Below, in pieces: positions 1 through 14,107 of a stretch of 64,000 nt of DNA (position 1 is its first letter; each line of letters opens with the position of its first letter). The DNA is from Eledone cirrhosa. Lineage: Eukaryota. The notes under the pieces are model-generated. The model was given only the letters and a program-made list of their open reading frames with translations, was not told where the DNA came from and ran no database searches. Where the stretch lies: the NCBI GenBank assembly GCA_964016885.1, contig OZ024742.1, positions 116,932,001-116,996,000 on the forward strand. Reading direction: 5' to 3'. Both the position numbers and the translations under genes were made by a program.

Positions 1-54
1 AATAACTTAAGCATGCACATAAGTAATATGGCTATAAATTAAAATCTTGATAAC

Positions 55-1290
55 GTCATCATCATCATCATTTTTACATACTTGCATGAGTTAGATGGGT
101 CCTCTTCAGCAATCCTTTGTCATTTCCTCTGTGAGTCTGTGATTTGAGGTCAGCTCTTAAAAACTCTGCCCTGGTCTTTTTTGGTTGAACTTCACTGTGG
201 CTTCCTTCCACTGACATTTCCTGGCACTTCTTTATCCAACGATCATTGTCCATGTGCATCACATATCCATACTACTGGATTCGCCTTAAACCCAACTTCT
301 CCCTCAACACGTCCAAGCTTTGCCTTTCTCTCACACTTAAATTGCACATCAAACGAAGCATGGTTGCTTAATTTTTCTCCTGTCTATGCATTTCCTCTGC
401 AGTCACAGCCCATGTTTCACTACCATGCAGCATCAAATTTCTCACACAGGCATCATGCAGTCCTCCTTTTATATGTAGGGAGAAACCTTTTGTTGTCAAC
501 AGTCAGTTAGTATGCTCACTGAACACTGTCCTTTTTTGTTAATTTTGTTGCCTATATAGCAGAAGATATCAACCAATTCTATAGATCCTTCCTGTGACTT
601 GAATAGGTTTAGATCACTGGCTCTCTTTCGCTCAGTTACTCCTGTGATTCTTCTACACACACAGTCTTCCCTTCCTATTGTTCTTCCCACTCCATCTCTT
701 GTGTATCTAAGCTCTACATTGTGTACTTCGTATGGAGTTTATACTTATTCCATTTCTACATGTTGAGTAGAATCACTTTCCTGAAGGAATCAGGGACCTA
801 CCTTCTCTCCTACTAACTAGCACTTTAGTCTTGGCTAAGCTTATTCTCAGACCTTTTGATTCTAAATTCTGTTTCCATAGTTGGAAATTATTTTCTAGAT
901 CTTTAATTTATTTGGCTATGATCATCTGCATAGAGAAGTTTCCATGGCCAGCCAGTCTTAAACTTCTCTGTTATACCCTGGAGAACTATAATGAATAGTA
1001 GTGGGTTAAGAACCAAACCTTGATGAACTCCTGCTTGTACCTTGAATTCCTCACTAAACTCTCTTCCTATTCTCCCTTTGCTGACAACTCCTCTGTACAT
1101 GGCTTGCACTACTCTCACCAACCATTATTCTGCCCTCAATTTCCATAAGGATCACCAGATAATACATTGAGGTACTCTGTCAAGCACTTTTTTTAGATCA
1201 ACGAAAGCTAGGTATACTGGCTTATTTTGGCTAAGATCTTCTTTTCAAGTTGCCTCACTAAAACGTGAGTACATGTAATACTTTTTCCCA
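55..1290 (-). pseudogene. Degenerate 3' part of an RTE-clade LINE (RT + C-terminus) with (GAT)n tail
   Basis: ORF pieces 903-1121 (GVHQGLVLNPLLF...LLYADD), 496-690 and 74-262 match the intact RTE at 49529; (CAT)n at about 57-71 is the 3' tail. Confidence 0.9.
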
Positions 1291-1310
1291 GGAAAGGAAA
1301 CAACTACATA

Positions 1311-1460
1311 AAAGTACTCTGGGATATGAAGAATCAAACGGATAAGCAAATAGAACATACTCACCCAGATATTGTTATACTCAATAAAAAGAACAGAGTT
1401 TGTTGACTAATGCTGGTTTCCCATTTGATACAGAATTGATAGGCAAAGAACACAGAGGTG
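1311..1460 (+). pseudogene. R4/Dong-like LINE fragment (restriction-like endonuclease region)
   Basis: Hand translation KVLWDMKNQTDKQIEHTHPDIVILNKKNRVC resembles the LWD..QTD....RPDIV motif of R4/Dong endonucleases. Confidence 0.65.
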
Positions 1461-2249
1461 CACTTGAGTACTTAGTAGAAACTGGGCCAAAAACATGAAG
1501 AAAAATATAACTAATCAGTCAGTGAGGATTTATATGAAATTGGTAAATAGAAAATAAGCTAATTACAAAATAACAATAAATGAATAACAGAATTCTCCAA
1601 AAGGCGGAAGACTCACCTACGAGTAATTAAGGAAACACACACATTTGAGAATACCCCAATCACCCCAGTAAATGCCCTTCTCTCCTCTATTCAACCTAGC
1701 CAACAAGCACCTGCTTAAAGTAGGCTTATTCACTCAAACCATCCTCACTACATTTATCGAACCTTTTATGAATATACTGGTTTTGTTATTTTATTTTGTG
1801 TTGGTACCTTAACTCAAATACCCAACCCTACATGGAGCCCCTTGCTGGCCTACATGGCGGGTGCTTGGACGCACAGACTCGGGGACTCAGACTCTCAACG
1901 GGACAACGGCACACATAGAGTTCGATACGACCTGACTATTTGCTCTTCACATGGATGTGTATATACCAAAACATACACTATTTAGACGATACGGATGTTA
2001 CAATTCAATCGATACACGTATAGCAGAATGTTGAACTTGTGGTTGACCCAATTTTTTTCTAATTTACATCGTGAAAATTGAGATTTGACCAATATAACGT
2101 TTGTTGTTTTGTAACCTAACTTTCGGTGCATACTGTGTTGGTGTGTATATTTTTTTTTTCTCTGACCTCGCGTAGGTGTGTGTACTCAATAACACTAATT
2201 GTGACCGACTAGATCTTTATTTTGATATTTATATATATATATTATATGT

Positions 2250-2400
2250 ACAGATTAAAGTTTAAGCAAAGAATCACTGCTTTCAGCCTTTCACTTAAGT
2301 TTCAGAAGATCCTGTAAAATGGTGATAGCAGCTATTCTTTGCTTAAACATTAATCTATACTTATAATAAATATTTGCCCTACGGGTTTTTTGTATGTATA
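2250..2400. mobile_element. Short hairpin+tail repeat whose tail is interrupted by the RTE LINE; tail resumes at about 6690-6745
   Basis: Inverted arms ACAGATTAAAGTTTAAGCAAAGAAT (2250) / ATTCTTTGCTTAAACATTAATCT (2334); an uninterrupted arm+tail homologue is at 21058-21175 and an arm copy at 41371. Confidence 0.55.
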
Positions 2401-2987
2401 TTTTATATCTGTCTGGTTGTTTCTAAATAATCTTCTTGTATTTTTAACTATATTTTTAACTACCCCACTTTTGGCAAAAAAAAAAAAAAAAAAAAAAAAA
2501 TGCTAGGGTTGATAAAATGGCCTCTTATCCTTTACCCCCCCCCCCCCGTCCCCACTATAGCGTGTTACGCGCTGGCTAGTTCACCCCTTCAATCGCTCCC
2601 TTCCCCTTCTCTCTCTCCAAATATAAATAAACCTGTAGCGAGGTAAGAATCCCAGAATTTGTCAACGCTCAAAAATGGTGAGACCTCGTTCCTGCGAATT
2701 ACAATGTAAATGCCATTTTTCTGATCTCTCTCCAGCCTATCGATTCATTCATTCATGTTTATTCTATTCTATAATTCTGTCTGGTTGTTTCTAAATAATC
2801 TTCTTGTATTTTTAACTATATTTTTAACTACCCCACTTTGCTAACTACCCCATGCCCCGCCCTCACTCTCCACCTTATTATTTGGACCAATCACAAGTCA
2901 ACAGCCTATGCTATCACTTCTGGCTGCTTTTCGATATGATGGATGGACTAAGGAATTTCTGGAGAGTCTGAAGAATCTGGACACTCG

Positions 2988-5900
2988 ATGACAATGCCAA
3001 AGATAACGACAAATTCACCTCATGCTGCCGGACGAAAGGGCAAGTCCCCCTCCTCTTTGTTTCGGCCGCGGATGGCCAACATAACCCCAACCCCATCCCC
3101 CTCACCCATCCCTGTGCCCCATCCTCCAAACACAATCCAAAACTTCAGAGTTGGTACCATAAATGTAGGCACCTTAAAAGGCCGCTCTAACGAGGTTGTA
3201 GAAATGCTTGAACATAAGGAGGTTGATGTTTGCTGTATCCAAGAGACCAGGTGGAGGGGCGGGTCTGCTAGATTCATTGTGGGTAAAAAACGTTGCTATA
3301 AGCTCTTCTGGGTGGGAAATGACAATGGGATAGGTGGGGTAGGAATCATGTTAGCAGAAAAATGGGTGGATAAGATAATAGATGTAAATAGAGTAACTGA
3401 CAGAATAATTAAAATAAGTCTTGTTCTAAATAGAACTACTGTGACAGTAATATCGGCATACGCGCCCCAATCCGGACTCCCTGGCACTATAAAAGACAGA
3501 TTCTATGAGACACTGATGCTCACTACCTCCCAAATAACCGACAGTGACTATATAATTATTACAGGCGACCTAAATGGCCACGTTGGTCAATATTGTGACG
3601 GCTATGACGGAATCCACGGAGGCTATGGGTTTGGTACTAGAAATGAGGAAGGCTCCAGAATCCTGGAATTCTGTGATGCAAATAACCTAACTATCTGTAA
3701 CACTAACTTCAAAAAACGAGACAATCACTTGATCACCTATAGATCGGGGGAACACACAAGCCAGGTAGATTATATCCTTACCAGAGGACGTGACAGAGTG
3801 TCTGTTGTAAACACTAAATCCCTCCCCCATGAAGAATGCACCTCCCAACATAGACTGCTAATTAGCGACCTCATAGTCAGGACGAGACGTACTAGACAAC
3901 AGTAGAGGACTATCCTCAGGAGAAAAATATGGAAGTTAAAGGACCCCACAGCCAGAAATAAATTCCAAAGCATGTTACTTGATGCTTTCGACAGTAAGGA
4001 AGAGAAATTAGAGTCAGATAATATAGAGGAACAGTGGGAATTCCTGAAAGCAAACCTGCTGACGGCGGCAGACGAAGTCTGTGGCTGGAGCAGGCCTGTA
4101 GGTAGGAGGAAAGTAACATGGTGGTGGAACAGTAAGGTGGAGGAGTCAATTAAGGCCAAAAAGCAGGCTTGGATAATATGGCGGGATGGGGGAAGTAGAG
4201 AAGACTATCAAGTGGCCAGGAGGGAAGCTAGGAGACAAGTGTACTTCGCAAGAAGAGAAGCAGAGGAAAGAAAGTTCAAGCATGTTCTACAACGTGAGGA
4301 CCAAAAACGTGAGGTGTTCAGGATTGCTAGGCAATGTGTCAAGGAAAACTGTGATATTGTCGGGGAGAAGTGTGTACTTAATGATGATGGTGTACTTGCC
4401 ATCACTGACGTTGATAAGAAGGTAGCTTGGAAGTGTCACTACGAAAGGCTTCTAAATGAGGAGAATAAATGGGAGAAAGACAGTCTCCCCCACATCGAAC
4501 CAATAGAGGGACCGGCAGTGTTAGTCGAAGGTAGTATAATAAGTAAGGCAATCAAAGATATGAAGATGGGTAAGGCGGCTGGGCCTTCGGAAATAGTTGC
4601 TGAGATGCTGAAAGCCTCTGGAATGGTGGGACACACCATGGTCAACCGGATAGTAAACCAAGTCATACAGAATGGGGTTGTTCCGAAGGACTGGCGTAGC
4701 AGCATCATCATTAACTGTTACAAGGGTAAAGGAGATGCCCTAGATAGGAGTAACTATAGAGGCATTAAATTAATCGACCAGGTCATGAAGGTCACGGAAA
4801 AAGTTATAGCGCAACTAATCAGAGAGAGAATTGATCTAGATGAAATGCAGTTCGGTTTTGTGTCAGGCAAAAGTACCACAGACGCTCTTTTCATTGTACG
4901 ACAACTACAGGAGAAGTACCTAGCTAAAAGTAAACCCCTATACTTAGCTTTTGTTGACTTGGAGAAAGCCTTCGACAGAGTCCCCCCGTTCCATTATCTG
5001 GTGGGCTCTTAGAAAACTAGGTGTTGACGAATGGCTTATGAGAGCTATACAAGCCATGTATAAAGAAACAGTCAGCAAGGTTAGAATTAACAACGAAAAT
5101 AGTGAAGAGTTTAGTGTAAAAGTTGGTGTACATCAGGGCTCTGTTCTTAGCCCCCTACTATTTATTATTGCCCTTCAGGCTATAACAATGGAGTTCAAGA
5201 CCGGCTGCCCATGGGAACTCCTATACGCAGATGATCTAACGCTCATAGCTGAATCAATGGCCGAGCTAGAGAAGAAATTCCAAACATGGAAGCATGGCCT
5301 AGAATCAAAAGGGCTTAAAATTAACCTGGCTAAGACTAAAGTTCTAGTTTGTAGGAAAGAAAATAAGGCGACGGTCCCTTCCGGGAAATGGCCATGTTCA
5401 GTGTGTAGGAAAGGCGTAGGTAGAAACTCCATTTTATGTCCCAATTGCAAAGTATGGGTGCATAAAAGATGTAGTGGGATCACAGGTAAGCTAACTAAGA
5501 ACATAGATTTTACATGTGGCCGGTGCTCTGGTGCAATAAGTAGCAGCAAGTGCCCACAATATACTAGCTCTTTCAATTGCGCAGAGGGTTCTATAGAAAT
5601 AATGGATAGCTTTCGTTACCTGGGTGACAAAATCAGCAGTGGGGGAGGGTGCTCTGAAAGTACAGTAGCTAGAGTCAGAACTGGATGGAAAAAGTTCAGA
5701 GAGCTTATACCACTATTAGCCACTAAAGGGTTCTCTCTAAAAATGAAAGGCAGGTTGTATGATGCCTGCATACGAACAGCAATGTTGCATGGCAGTGAGA
5801 CCTGGGCATTGTGTGCAGAGGATATACGCAGACTAGAGAGGAACGAAGCCTGCATGCTCCGCTGGATGTGTAATAGTAACATACGTGAACGGCAAAGCAT

Positions 5901-6180
5901 AAGCGAACGAAGGAAAAAATTAGAAATAAGAGGGATCAGATGTTGTTTACTCGAGAGAAGGCTACGTTGGTATGGTCACGTGATGCGCATGAAAGACGAC
6001 AGCTGTATATCAAAGTGCAGGGCAATAAAGATAGACGGTAGCTACGGAGTAGGCAGACCCAGAAAAACCTGGGACGAGCTGATAAATACCGACCTCACAC
6101 ACTTACACCTCTTCAAGACAATGTCACTGGACCGAGACCTTTGGCGGTACTCAGTCATAGAGAAGACCCGCCTTACCTAA
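2988..6180 (+). pseudogene. RTE ORF with two visible lesions: in-frame TAG at 3903-3905 and +1 frameshift in the C-run at about 4982-4987
   Basis: ORFs 2988-3905, 3972-5012 and 4951-6180 join into a protein colinear with the 1022-aa ORF. Confidence 0.9.
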
Positions 6181-6348
6181 ATACAAAGTAAAACCTACTA
6201 CAGTCAGTAGGCATCTCTAACAAAATACACCCCCGTCCCACCACCCCCACCCCATCCACACCGCCCCTCTCAATGTAAAGTTATGTTGGTGCCACAACAT
6301 CCAGGCCGAAACAAATGAGATCGTGTAGGTGTCACGACAAAAAAACAC

Positions 6349-6578
6349 ACAGTCCACGCTGTAATGTGGCCGTGTAGGCAACACGGTAAAAACCTCCCAG
6401 CCCTACACTGTAAATGTGGTTGGTGTTAGGCAGGGCATCCAGCTGTAGAAAATCCGCCAGACAGTCCACGCTGTAATGTGGCCGTGTAGGCAACACGGTA
6501 AAAACCTCCCAGCCCCACACTGTAAATGTGGTTGGTGTTAGGAAGGGCATCCAGCTGTAGAAAACCCGCCAGACAGTC
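6349..6578 (+). repeat. Tandem duplication, about 112 bp x2, in the LINE 3' region
   Basis: ACAGTCCACGCTGTAATGTGGCCGTGTAGGCAACACGG at 6349 and 6461. Confidence 0.9.
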
Positions 6579-7432
6579 CTATGCGAGCAAGACAATCACT
6601 CTTGCCTCAAGTGGGGAAACCCCCGTCCAAACCCATGCAAGCGTGGAACACGGACGTTAAACGATGATGATGATGATGATGATGATATATATAATCCTTA
6701 TCAAGCCCTCTTTGGATTTTAGTCTTCGCATATATTATTACTACACACACACATATATATATAATGAATTTGTTGAACAAATTGTAAACATCATCGAAAT
6801 CACTGGATATTGATCTAAGCCCTTATTATAACTAACTCCCAAAACTTTTTTCTTTAATTGTGGCCTACTGTTCCATATTACTGAAGTCATGCTGCTATAT
6901 TAAGCATTACTGCCAACCTTAGCCAGTCTGCCACTGCTGCTGTCATTTTCTGACCAACAAGCAGCTAATGCCACGCATGGGATACCAACATCGACTTGAA
7001 AATTTAGTAGTAAGGTTGATTTTTCGAATCCTCTCAAAGCTCCACTGGGTGATGAACATTCCCTTGTCTGAAATTTGCTGGTTATGAATTTATATTTAAT
7101 CGATAACCACTGGTTTCACCGTGGAATTTGAACGCTATTGTGCCAGTTTAGAAGAGTATTTTTATATCCTGGCAGATTTTTGTGTGCTAAACTAGGCAGA
7201 TAATGGTTGTTTCAATTGCTGAAATTGTGAGTACTTTAATGTTGATCTGTCGATATGTTTTCATATGTTGATCTGCCGATACAATAATTACACTGTTTTC
7301 ATAGCTTAGGCTTCTGGTTGGTAATATTGTCTTGCAATTAATCCTATGTGTGTGCTCCAAATGAATTTTTTTAGCAAATTGTAAACAACGAGAGTGAAAT
7401 CATTGGATATTGATCTAAACCGTTATTATTAA

Positions 7433-7481
<49 letters not shown>

Positions 7482-8479
7482 GATAGAGAGGGGAGTTAGG
7501 TGTGTGTATATATATATATATATGTGTGTGTATGTGTGTGTATGTGTGTGTGTGTGCGTGCGTGTATGTGCATATTTACTAACATACAAGATGATGATGA
7601 TAGTTACGTTAAAAATCTTTCTAAAAGTATCTCTTTGAAGCTGCAGATTGCAATATGTCCATGTATAAATCCAATGGACCCTAATGAACTTATTCAGAGT
7701 CTCTCACGTATTTTCCAACTATCTTCCTGCCTCTGATTAGACAGTCAATATCCCATTCTATCTTAGCTAGTGATTACTTTATTCCATTCAGGGATTCTCC
7801 AGGCCTCTCTACCACTAACAGTTTTATAATTCTTCACCATTTTCCACAGAGTAGAATTTTGTATTATTATTATTATGTTATGGTACATGAGATGAATTAG
7901 TTATTTTCATCCTACAATCATTATAATGCTACTATTTATGAAAATTCCATACACACACACTCATAAAAAAATATATATATATTCCTAAATCATCATCATC
8001 GAATATAATATATATATATATATGTATATGATAAAGAACACAAGAGCGTCTACAACATCAAAAGATTTTTATTGGCTTACAATGTTTCTTCCTTACGTTT
8101 TAATATATATATGTATATATATATTAAAAAAATGAAGAATTAGAAACCAGGACTATCCATCATCAGTGATCTACTAGCCAACATAGGTATTTCTTCGCAT
8201 TACAGACCATAGGGCAATACAATAACTAAATTAAGTTATTGGGATAAAAAGAATTGGGTGGAAAAAGAGAGACAGGTAAACAAACACGAATGGTGAGGTA
8301 ACGTAAAGAAAGGAAAAAATGAGAAAATCAAGTCAATGATTCATTTTGAACATAAGAACTTGCGAATATTGACGAAAAGGCAAAGACACATCTTGGCCTT
8401 ATGAATGTGGGCGAGGAAAGAATTTCGTTCATTTTATTATATATATCATATTTGCAACAATACAGCTCACCATTTTGCA

Positions 8480-8531
<52 letters not shown>

Positions 8532-8929
8532 ACACTTAGAAATGTCTTAAAAAAACAGACAATGAGTATGATGAAAAATATTGTGCTCTTTAGTCAGAAA
8601 TTTCATTCTTCAGAGACTTTTTCCAGTGAATAACCATACAAGCTTCTTTCTGCATCATGCCAGAGAAATCATAGTGTGGCCTCAATACTGAACGCCAGCA
8701 AGGATAATGGTAGAGGAACAGGAGCAGCTAGGAGTATTGTTAGTAGACATCAGAATCATCATCTTCCCACTAGTTTAGTTCAGACTCAGTTTTCATACAT
8801 TCTAGAAGTTTGAAGTTCAATAAAAGAAATTCATTCTTTTTTTTTTTCCTCACTATGAAGTTTTCCTCACTATGAAGTTGAAGACAGAAATAGAAAAATA
8901 GTGTATATAGATATATTAAATCTCTGTTC

Positions 8930-9096
8930 AGAGGGTTGGACGCCATGCTTTGACGCATAGAGTTACGGTCCTTGCCATTCTGAGTTCAAATCCCGCCGAG
9001 GTTAACTTTGCCTTTCATCCTCACGGGATCGATGAAATAAAGTACCAGTAATGCACTGGGTAATTGCTGGCCTTGTGCCAAAAGTAGAAACAATTA
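8930..9096 (+). mobile_element. tRNA-derived SINE with Nin-like central domain, 5'-truncated
   Basis: B-box GAGTTCAAATCC and GCCTTTCATCCT...GATGAAATAAAGTACCAG; near-identical to the copy at 13924-14107. Confidence 0.85.
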
Positions 9097-12000
9097 TTAC
9101 AATGCTTTCAAAATTGCCTCAGTACAATTCAAATATATTTTCATGTGCATATATCATCATTTTTATATCAAGTTTTCTATGCAAACATGGATTGTATGAG
9201 ACAGTATTCTATGGCTTGATGGCCTTTTGGATATCAATACTTGTTACACACACACACATATACGCGCCGCGTACATATTTAGCAGATATGTTAATTGTGT
9301 GTTGACGCGTGTCTGAAGTGGGGGAAACAATCTTTCCCCCAAAGCATTAGAAATGAAGTTGATAAGGATGAACTAGGAAACACACAGCTAATTACCTACC
9401 TCTTTTAACTAGAGAATGCCACACAATCATATTATATTATATTGTTTTCACAGAAAATATGATTGTAAACCTGAAATAGAGTATTTTTTTGTGATGTGGT
9501 GGAATTTCTAAGTGAGGTGGATTGAATGCCTGTGTGTAGAGTGGTTAAGAAATTAGACAGATTCTGCCTGTGTTTGGCTGGCCATTGGCCAGTCAGTTGT
9601 AGCAGTACTAAGTGACCATTATGTTTTTGCATTGAAGAGAGACACCTTAGATGATGCTGTGTAGCATATGATATGAAAATAATTGTATATACAAATGTAA
9701 TTATTTTTATGCTTACATGAGTTATGGTAAGATATGTGAGGCAGGTCTTCTACAGTTGGATACCCTTCCTAAAACAAGCTCTAATTTTTTATAATATGGT
9801 ATATCTACCACTAATGTTCGACTGCTACACTGCTGGACATATTTAATTGGTAACATAATCAAGGACACTGCTAACTCCTCTTATAATTGGTATTGATATG
9901 ACTCATATATAAATATATATCATCATCATCATCTTTATTATAATTTTATGTCCATTTTTCCATGTCTGCATGTATTCGATATGTCTACATCAGCAGAGTG
10001 GTATTTGTCATGAGGCTCACTGTCATTAGATCAGCCTTCAATAATTGAAACATGAATAAAACAGTCTTATTCTGCTGCTTGTTAGGTGACCAAGTTAACA
10101 ATTACATTGCATAGTGTCCCACATGGAATAGTTGGCTTTTTTGTTGTCTCAATTGGTGCATAAAATACCTATTATTGTGAGAAATATACTAACATCTTCA
10201 CTATTAAATTATATTTGATTTACTGTATCTCATCTGCCTTACTTTACTCCTAGTTTGTAACCCATTGATATTATTTTCTGTACTTGTGCAAAGCTGTATT
10301 TATTTTTAGCTATCTAGGATAGTGTCATGATAATTTTCAGAGCTTCCAAGATTAGTGGGAGTGAGGGACATATTTTCAAACTGGAGAGCTGGTCTTAATT
10401 CTTGCAACAGAGTGGAGACTACAAAAGTCACACTGTGACCAGGTGATGGTAGTAAACCACGCAACAGATTGTCTGCTAACCAAATAGGTCATAGTGGGAT
10501 TTGAAATAAAAAACAAGAACAAATACAACATAGCATCTCATCCTATGCTCTAACAATTCTACCAATTCATCACCCTAAACTGGTACTATATTCTATCAAT
10601 CCTAAAAGGAGGAAAGGCAAATTTGACCTCATCAGGATTTATTGTATGTTTAACAGGAAGCTGGGATAAAAGCTAAATTATTCATTTGATGACATGCTTT
10701 TATTTTGGGCTTTGTTCCTGATACCTGGTAACATGGCTATTTCACCAACCTCTCGTTTTCACATAATTATAAAGATATTATGAATCCTCACTGGAAGAAG
10801 ATGGGATAGGTTTAATATGAGGTAGAAAAACAATGAATTGGTATGGAACAAATTACTTTGCATCCTGCATTTCCCTGCAACAATATTGCTGATATTCACT
10901 ATCAACTCTTACTTTTCCCTTAAACAACGTCTGTGATATGGAGAGGGAAGATTTGTATGCATGGGTGACTACTAGTCATCCACACAAAAAAAAAAACTTT
11001 GCCCAGGCATGTCCTTTGGAAATGACCTTTCAAGGTATATATCTATCATCTCACAAGGTACATAGAAAAGGCTTCAAACCCAAACTATCCATTTTTGTCA
11101 CCATATTTGTAATGAAATAAACTGCTTATGTTTTCCAATTAATTTCGAAAATAATAAAAAATGTTGAGAGATTTAGTAAATTAACTTTCCATTATGATAT
11201 TATTAACTTAATAAAGGTTTCTTAAATACAATTATAATGAAAGCTGTTAATTTAAAATGAACATTCTAAAATAAGCAATTTCTCTATAATTAATCAAGAA
11301 GTGGTCTCAGATGGATTGGTAAAAAAATTGCCCTACCATTTAGTTTTCCTCACAAATAGAAAGAGGATCTTTTTCTTTCTTTTTTTTTTACAATAGACTA
11401 GATTATCCTCTTAAATATCTCCCATCCATATAATACTTCAAATATTACGTAGTCGTATAGTTTATTGCTATGAAGTTCATTACAGTTTCCTGGGTTTCTT
11501 TTTTAATAAGAATGTTAAATTGGCAGAGACAATAGAACATACAACAAAATGCCTTGCTGTGTTTGTTTTGGCTCTCTGACTAAGTTAAAATCTTACTGGG
11601 GTCAACTTTGACCTTTATCCATTCGAGTTCAATGAAATAAAACGCTAGTTAATAGTTGTGGATTTTCAGAATTATTAGAGCATTGGACAAGTTGCCTTGT
11701 GTTATTCACATTCTGAGTTAAAATTCATATGTGACTTTGTGACCTTGGGTAGTAAAATTAATCCATCACCTGGTTTACCACCATCATCTGACTCTTGGGT
11801 GACATTAGTGGAGTTCATTCTGTTACAAACATTTGGGCCAGGTCTTTGGTTTCAGGATACCTTCTATTTTCTCTCCCATCAGTTCCAGAAATCTTGGAAA
11901 AGGTTATGGGAATAGACTATTTCTCTTAGAGGAAACAGTGGAAAGAAAGGAAATGAGCTAAAAAAATGAATCAAGAGTCAAAATAACATTTGAGAAAAAT

Positions 12001-13923
12001 ATTCTTAAATAGCATTGAAATTTCAAAATTATTTTGAAGAAGATTCATATTTATTTTCCACAAATTATTAATTTTGATACTTTTAAAAACCATATTATTC
12101 AATTTCTTACATTTACTCTATAATTTATTAACCTTTATTTACATATTTATTTTATATGTAAATAAAGTTGTTTATTTACAAAATGATGCTGGTACAATCC
12201 CATAACAAAAGGGTATTTTTTCTCTGATAAATTGATGGTAGAATAATCCTGATAATAAAGGTTTTTCTTAAAAGTTAATACTGGTACAATCCTGAGAATT
12301 CATTCTAGTATCACATATTGAACATACTTTCTTAATTCTAAATCTACAATTACTACTGAAAACTTTCTTGCAATCTGTGCTGACTTTTCTAAGACGACTT
12401 CGAGTAGTTTATACACAAACTTTATATTTGCTCTTCTTATACTTATATTACACCTATCTATAGCATTGTTTATTAAGATCAACTTCCTTCATACAACTCT
12501 GTTGAAATTGTCAGGAAATAAGATTAATGAGTTACTTGGACTATAGGAATTACAGCTAAAGGAAAATAAAATGTAGACTTTAGTTGAAGCATTTATCTCT
12601 TTCCAGGATTTTTGTTTACATTACTTTATTAGATTTTTCCATGACCCAAGTCTATTCTTTATGATAAGCTTTCTTAATTTTCAGATACAATATCTATAGT
12701 ATGTTAATCTCTCAACACTTCAACCGATATTTGCAAGGGTTGCATTTACACAACTAAGAAAGGTTGAATTTGCCATAGGTCTTGGCTTGTTGATAAAATC
12801 TAATATTGCTTTGCTGCATCACATCAGGAGAACAATTCAAATAAAGATAAACATAGCAGAAAGACAGAGAGTAGGTAGTTGAGAAAATGGAATGGAAACA
12901 TCTATCTAAAAAGAAGAGAGAGAGAGATAGGAATAAATAAATAAAGACACAGAGGAAGAAAGAGACTGCAGGGAAAATAGCAAAAAAGAGTGAAAAACAA
13001 GAAAGAAAAAAACAATTTCAAATATATTGAGTGAGAGAGATGGATGATGGGAGCAAGGGCAAATGTTGAAAGAAATAATATTTAGTATGAAGAAAATGAA
13101 ATACTTATGAAAGTGTTGTACTGTTTAAAGAAGCACATTCTTGTAGCAAAACAAATTCTAGTTACAAGTGAAGCGAAATAAAAGTAAGTGTAGGGGGGGG
13201 GGGGGGGGGGGGCACTTAAAAAGTGACTGCAAAGGGAAGTAGAATATTAAATCTTCTAAGCTAATAAATGTATAAGAAATGTAGCTTTTCTTAAATATCC
13301 TTTTATCCTCAAAAAGTTTTGTGCTTTGTATGATTCTTTCTTAATCTCCAATAAAACTTTGGAAACATTAATTTAAAAGGATGTCATAAGTTTATAAGTT
13401 TTCCATTGGTTCCAAATAAGTTTCTTCTTTTTTTCTTATCGAGAATAATATAACATTTTCCTACAAATTTCTTGTGTAGTATTTGATGATAGATTATATA
13501 ACTACACATGTATCTGTCAATTTATCTATCCATCCGTCTGTCTACATATATAGATTTCTATCTCTCTATCTAGCTATCTATTTGTTTGTCTCTCTACCTA
13601 ACTGTCCATCTTTTCATCTGTTAGCTAACTACTGAGGCATGATGGCCAGTGTGTTGAGTAGAGTTTTTCAAAGTAGGTTCCAAGAAAAGTTAGCTGCTGC
13701 AAATAAATTGGCATTCATTTCATGATCAATCTGCTTTTTATTCAGACTTTAAAACATTGATTCTGAATGTGGAGTCCTCACAGATGTATAATTTGAATAT
13801 TTTGAGGGGAATTTTTCAGTGTCTTACGTTGTATCCTTTTATATTGAGAGGGGCATCAAATCTTTTGACGTGTCATAGTGAAGCATGGAGCAAAAAGGTT
13901 TAAGAACCACTACATTAAATAAT

Positions 13924-14107
13924 TGTTTCTACTTTTGGCACAAGGCCAGCAAATACCCAGTGCATTACTGGTACTTTATTTTATTGATCCCGTAAGGATG
14001 AAAGCCAAAGTTAACCTCGGCGGGATTTGAACTCAGAATGGCAAGGGCCGTAACTCTATACGTCAAAGCATGGCGTCCAACCCTCTACCGATACTGGCAA
14101 TCCACCG
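13924..14107 (-). mobile_element. tRNA-derived SINE with 16-bp target-site duplication
   Basis: CACTACATTAAATAAT at 13908-13923 and 14108-14123; B-box on the minus strand. Confidence 0.9.

Larger units (their letters stand above)
2408..6686 (+). mobile_element. Near full-length RTE-clade LINE (APE-RT-PHD)
   Basis: APE (GTINVGTL, CCIQETRW, GDLNGH, SQHR), RT (YRGIKL, FVDLEKAFDRV, GVHQGS, YADD), (GAT)n tail at 6663-6686. Confidence 0.93.

Noticed and set aside
3903-3905. Programmed readthrough between APE and RT
   Set aside because: Aligns to W in the sister family (KVWRR), so it is a simple TGG>TAG mutation
8970-9000. tRNA genes suggested by B-box sequences
   Set aside because: They belong to multi-copy SINE heads, two with TSDs; no cloverleaf could be built
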